From assembly GCA_002189035.1 (NCBI GenBank), contig NEEC01000024.1, forward strand, positions 620,001 to 684,000: 64,000 nt of DNA, given 5' to 3'. The translations under genes were made by a program, and so were the position numbers. The notes under the pieces are model-generated. The model searched no databases and was not told the origin of the DNA. It saw only the letters and a program-made list of their open reading frames with translations. The DNA comes from Utricularia gibba (lineage: Eukaryota; Plantae; Magnoliophyta). Below are positions 61,631 to 64,000 of the stretch, piece by piece (position 1 is the stretch's first letter; the number at the start of each line of letters is the position of its first letter).

Positions 61631-61679
61631 TATTTATAGGGGCGTTGGGTGACGTCACTGATGAGCGCTGCCGACGTCA
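61631..61679 (-). promoter_or_regulatory. CAD core promoter: TATAAATA (61631-61638) and two TGACG/bZIP sites (61650-61657, 61672-61679)
   Basis: The TATA box is ~82 nt upstream of the ATG, followed by a perfect TGACGTCA palindrome and TGACGTCG. Confidence 0.65.
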
Positions 61680-63109
61680 TTGCTGAGTCCAAAATGGAGA
61701 TTTGGGAGGGAAACTTCAAAGAATGGTGGTCAATATTGGGGTTCTGGAATGTTCTAATGCTTCGCTTTAAGAAAGCAAACGCGTTTCCATTTCCTTCCTT
61801 ATACTCCTACTTTTCAATTCCGAAAGGTTTCTTGATATCTTGGACATTAATTGTTGTTATGCTCGTGCCAACATTTCCGGGATATTTAGAAAGTATAATT
61901 TATAATTTCTCATTTACTATACAAAACTTCCCATACTCTCTTATATTTAATCTCTTCTTGATTCTTTTTCATATTTTTCTTTTCTTCATTTATTTTTTGT
62001 ATTTGACCGAAATTCTAAATATCAGATTAAATTTCGAAAAAAAAAGATTGGAAATCACATTATTGGGTAAGTTTAACAAAAAAACCTTTTTCTTATTAAA
62101 TAAATATATAAAATATTAACTATTTTTATCTAAGTTATGATAGTTATTATACCTATTTATCTATTTAAAAACTAAAAATATTAATTTATCAAATACTTAG
62201 TATAATCACATTATTCAATGTATTTATGAAAAATAATATTTTACTTATCAAAAATGAAAATTGAAATAATAAATAATCATTTTTTCGTTTCTAATTAATG
62301 TAAATTTGAAAACTCATTTTATAGAAAATGTAATAAACAAATTATCTCTTTTTCGTCTTAAATGTATTGATGAATTAATAGTATTTACTTTTATATAATT
62401 TATGATATTTAATTTCTATATTATAATGAATCAATATAATTTAAAATGTTTTAATATAAAACATAATGAAGATAAAAATTAATAAAATGAATAAATTATC
62501 TCTTTTTTTTGTACATAATTTAATAACAACTTCATAAAATAAATAAGATAAGTAGTTTTACTTTATAAATAAGTATAGTAACAATAGTATTCTTTTGCTT
62601 TAAACATAAGTTAATAGCTATTGTTTACATATAAATATCCAAAAATATGAAGTACTTAGCAAATTAATATAAAATAAAATACTCCAAACAGGTTCTCTCA
62701 AATTCTTGCAAAATTGAATCAAAAAACTTTTGTAATCAAGCAACATTGCCAACATATTAAAAGACGAGTTCCATTATCTAAGGAAATTGAAAAGAAATTC
62801 TATCCAAGATATGTAAAAAAAAAATTTTCAAAAAAAGAAATAACATTGTTATTAGCTAAATCATTATTTAAGGAAATCGAAAAAATCTGATAAAATATTT
62901 TTTAAATTCACGACAAATATTTAAATTTGGGAGATATAGTTGTAGTGATTAGTATGTTCCCCCTAAATGTTTTAAGTCGTCATTTTCTTTTATTTTAAAT
63001 AAATATATGCTTTTATCCATTTTATATTTTTCTGCATATTATCATTGAACTGTTTTGATATTAGTTTAGAGTAAATCTATTAATTGTGATAAAAATCTGA
63101 ATATTTGAC

Positions 63110-64000
63110 TTTCACATAGCAAACAACTAGCTCTTTGTGTTCAATTCTAGTGCATTATACTCATATTTTTCATATGATTGGTTGTAAATTAGGTTATAAA
63201 TTTATTTGATAAGAAAAATTTGTATTTGGATGACGTTGCAATATTTTTCGTCTATCAAATTGGCATTGTTACCTTGGAGCGGTGTTTAATTTTTTTGTGA
63301 TTCAGTTGATGCATTTGCATTCTTTCTGGTGCAGGTGATGTTGTTTTTTATCGAGAGAGCTATCAATAAGAGCCGTACAAGAGTGAGATAAGCAACAAGG
63401 TTGAGAAAACTCCTTATTGCAATTCCAAGTTAATTTTATCATGGCAAAACAAGAGAAGACCTTGAATGAGCTTGATGCAATTGACCATACATATAGGGGC
63501 TTGTGCATCAGGTTTTCTGATGACACAGCCAATGAATTAAAATCATCTATGTTTAATTTTCTAACTAAGTATTATGGAAAAGTGGGAGAAAACCCACACG
63601 AACATTTGGACAATATCACTGTTGTTTGCATCTCTTTTAACAGTGCTGAGATGATTGAGGATGCCGCTGTTTGAGGCATTCCAATTTACGCTGGAGGAAA
63701 ATGCAAAAATATGGCTCAACTCGCTGAAGCCTAGAAGCATCACAGATTTGTTAGGGATGAAGAAGGTGTTTCTCAACAAGTATTTTTCTGTTTCCAAAAT
63801 TGAAGGTATACGAAAAGAGATTAGTGACATTGAGCAATCAAGTGGAGAATTTTTACATGAATATTGGGAGCGATTTAATCAATTGCTTAGATCTTATCCT
63901 CACCATAGTTTTCAATCTACTTCCTTGGTGAAGTATCTTTATGATGGACTGTTATATTATGATAGAGGAATGATGGATTTAGTTGTTGGAGGATTTTTGA
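63110..64000 (+). mobile_element. Athila subfamily B LTR 3' end (to 63257), PBS (63261-63278) and gag 5' part running off the window
   Basis: The LTR end matches the reverse complement of 33747-33900. The PBS TGGCATTGTTACCTTGGA matches the tRNA-Asp-type TGGCGCCGTTGCCGGGGA at 12/18. gag motifs: GENPHEHL, FTLEENAKIWLNSL and EYWERFNQLLRSYPHH. Confidence 0.9.

Noticed and set aside
61649-62119. 156-aa hydrophobic ORF divergent from CAD
   Set aside because: It has a TTG/GTG-type start and runs through the CAD promoter into AT-rich low-complexity DNA, with no recognisable domain.
1-64000. tRNA, rRNA, organellar insertions or horizontally acquired genes
   Set aside because: None were recognised. 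The only tRNA-related sequences are the two retrotransposon primer-binding sites.

Overview
Plant (angiosperm-type) nuclear DNA. The first ~37 kb and 51-60 kb are almost entirely nested, decayed transposable elements: Ty1/Copia remnants, hAT remnants, a near-complete minus-strand Athila-type Ty3/Gypsy element with an extra ORF, eight full or partial LTRs of two related Athila subfamilies, a Tat-type gag/PBS/LTR interrupted by a fold-back MULE, a PIF/Harbinger element, and a MULE carrying a Plant Mobile Domain gene. Five host genes are supported: a thaumatin-like protein (3 exons), a small membrane protein, a BOI-related RING E3 ligase (2 exons), an Alba/Rpp25-like RGG protein (8 exons) and an intronless class II CAD-like dehydrogenase. 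All five frameshifts found in host genes are single-base losses in or beside G/C runs, which suggests long-read assembly error rather than pseudogenisation. The most unusual signals lie in the Athila family: no polypurine tract before the 3' LTR in three independent copies, an LTR hairpin whose loop is flipped between copies and whose stem covaries, and a chimeric 5' end. I see no convincing wholly new biological system. All alignments and identities were estimated by eye.
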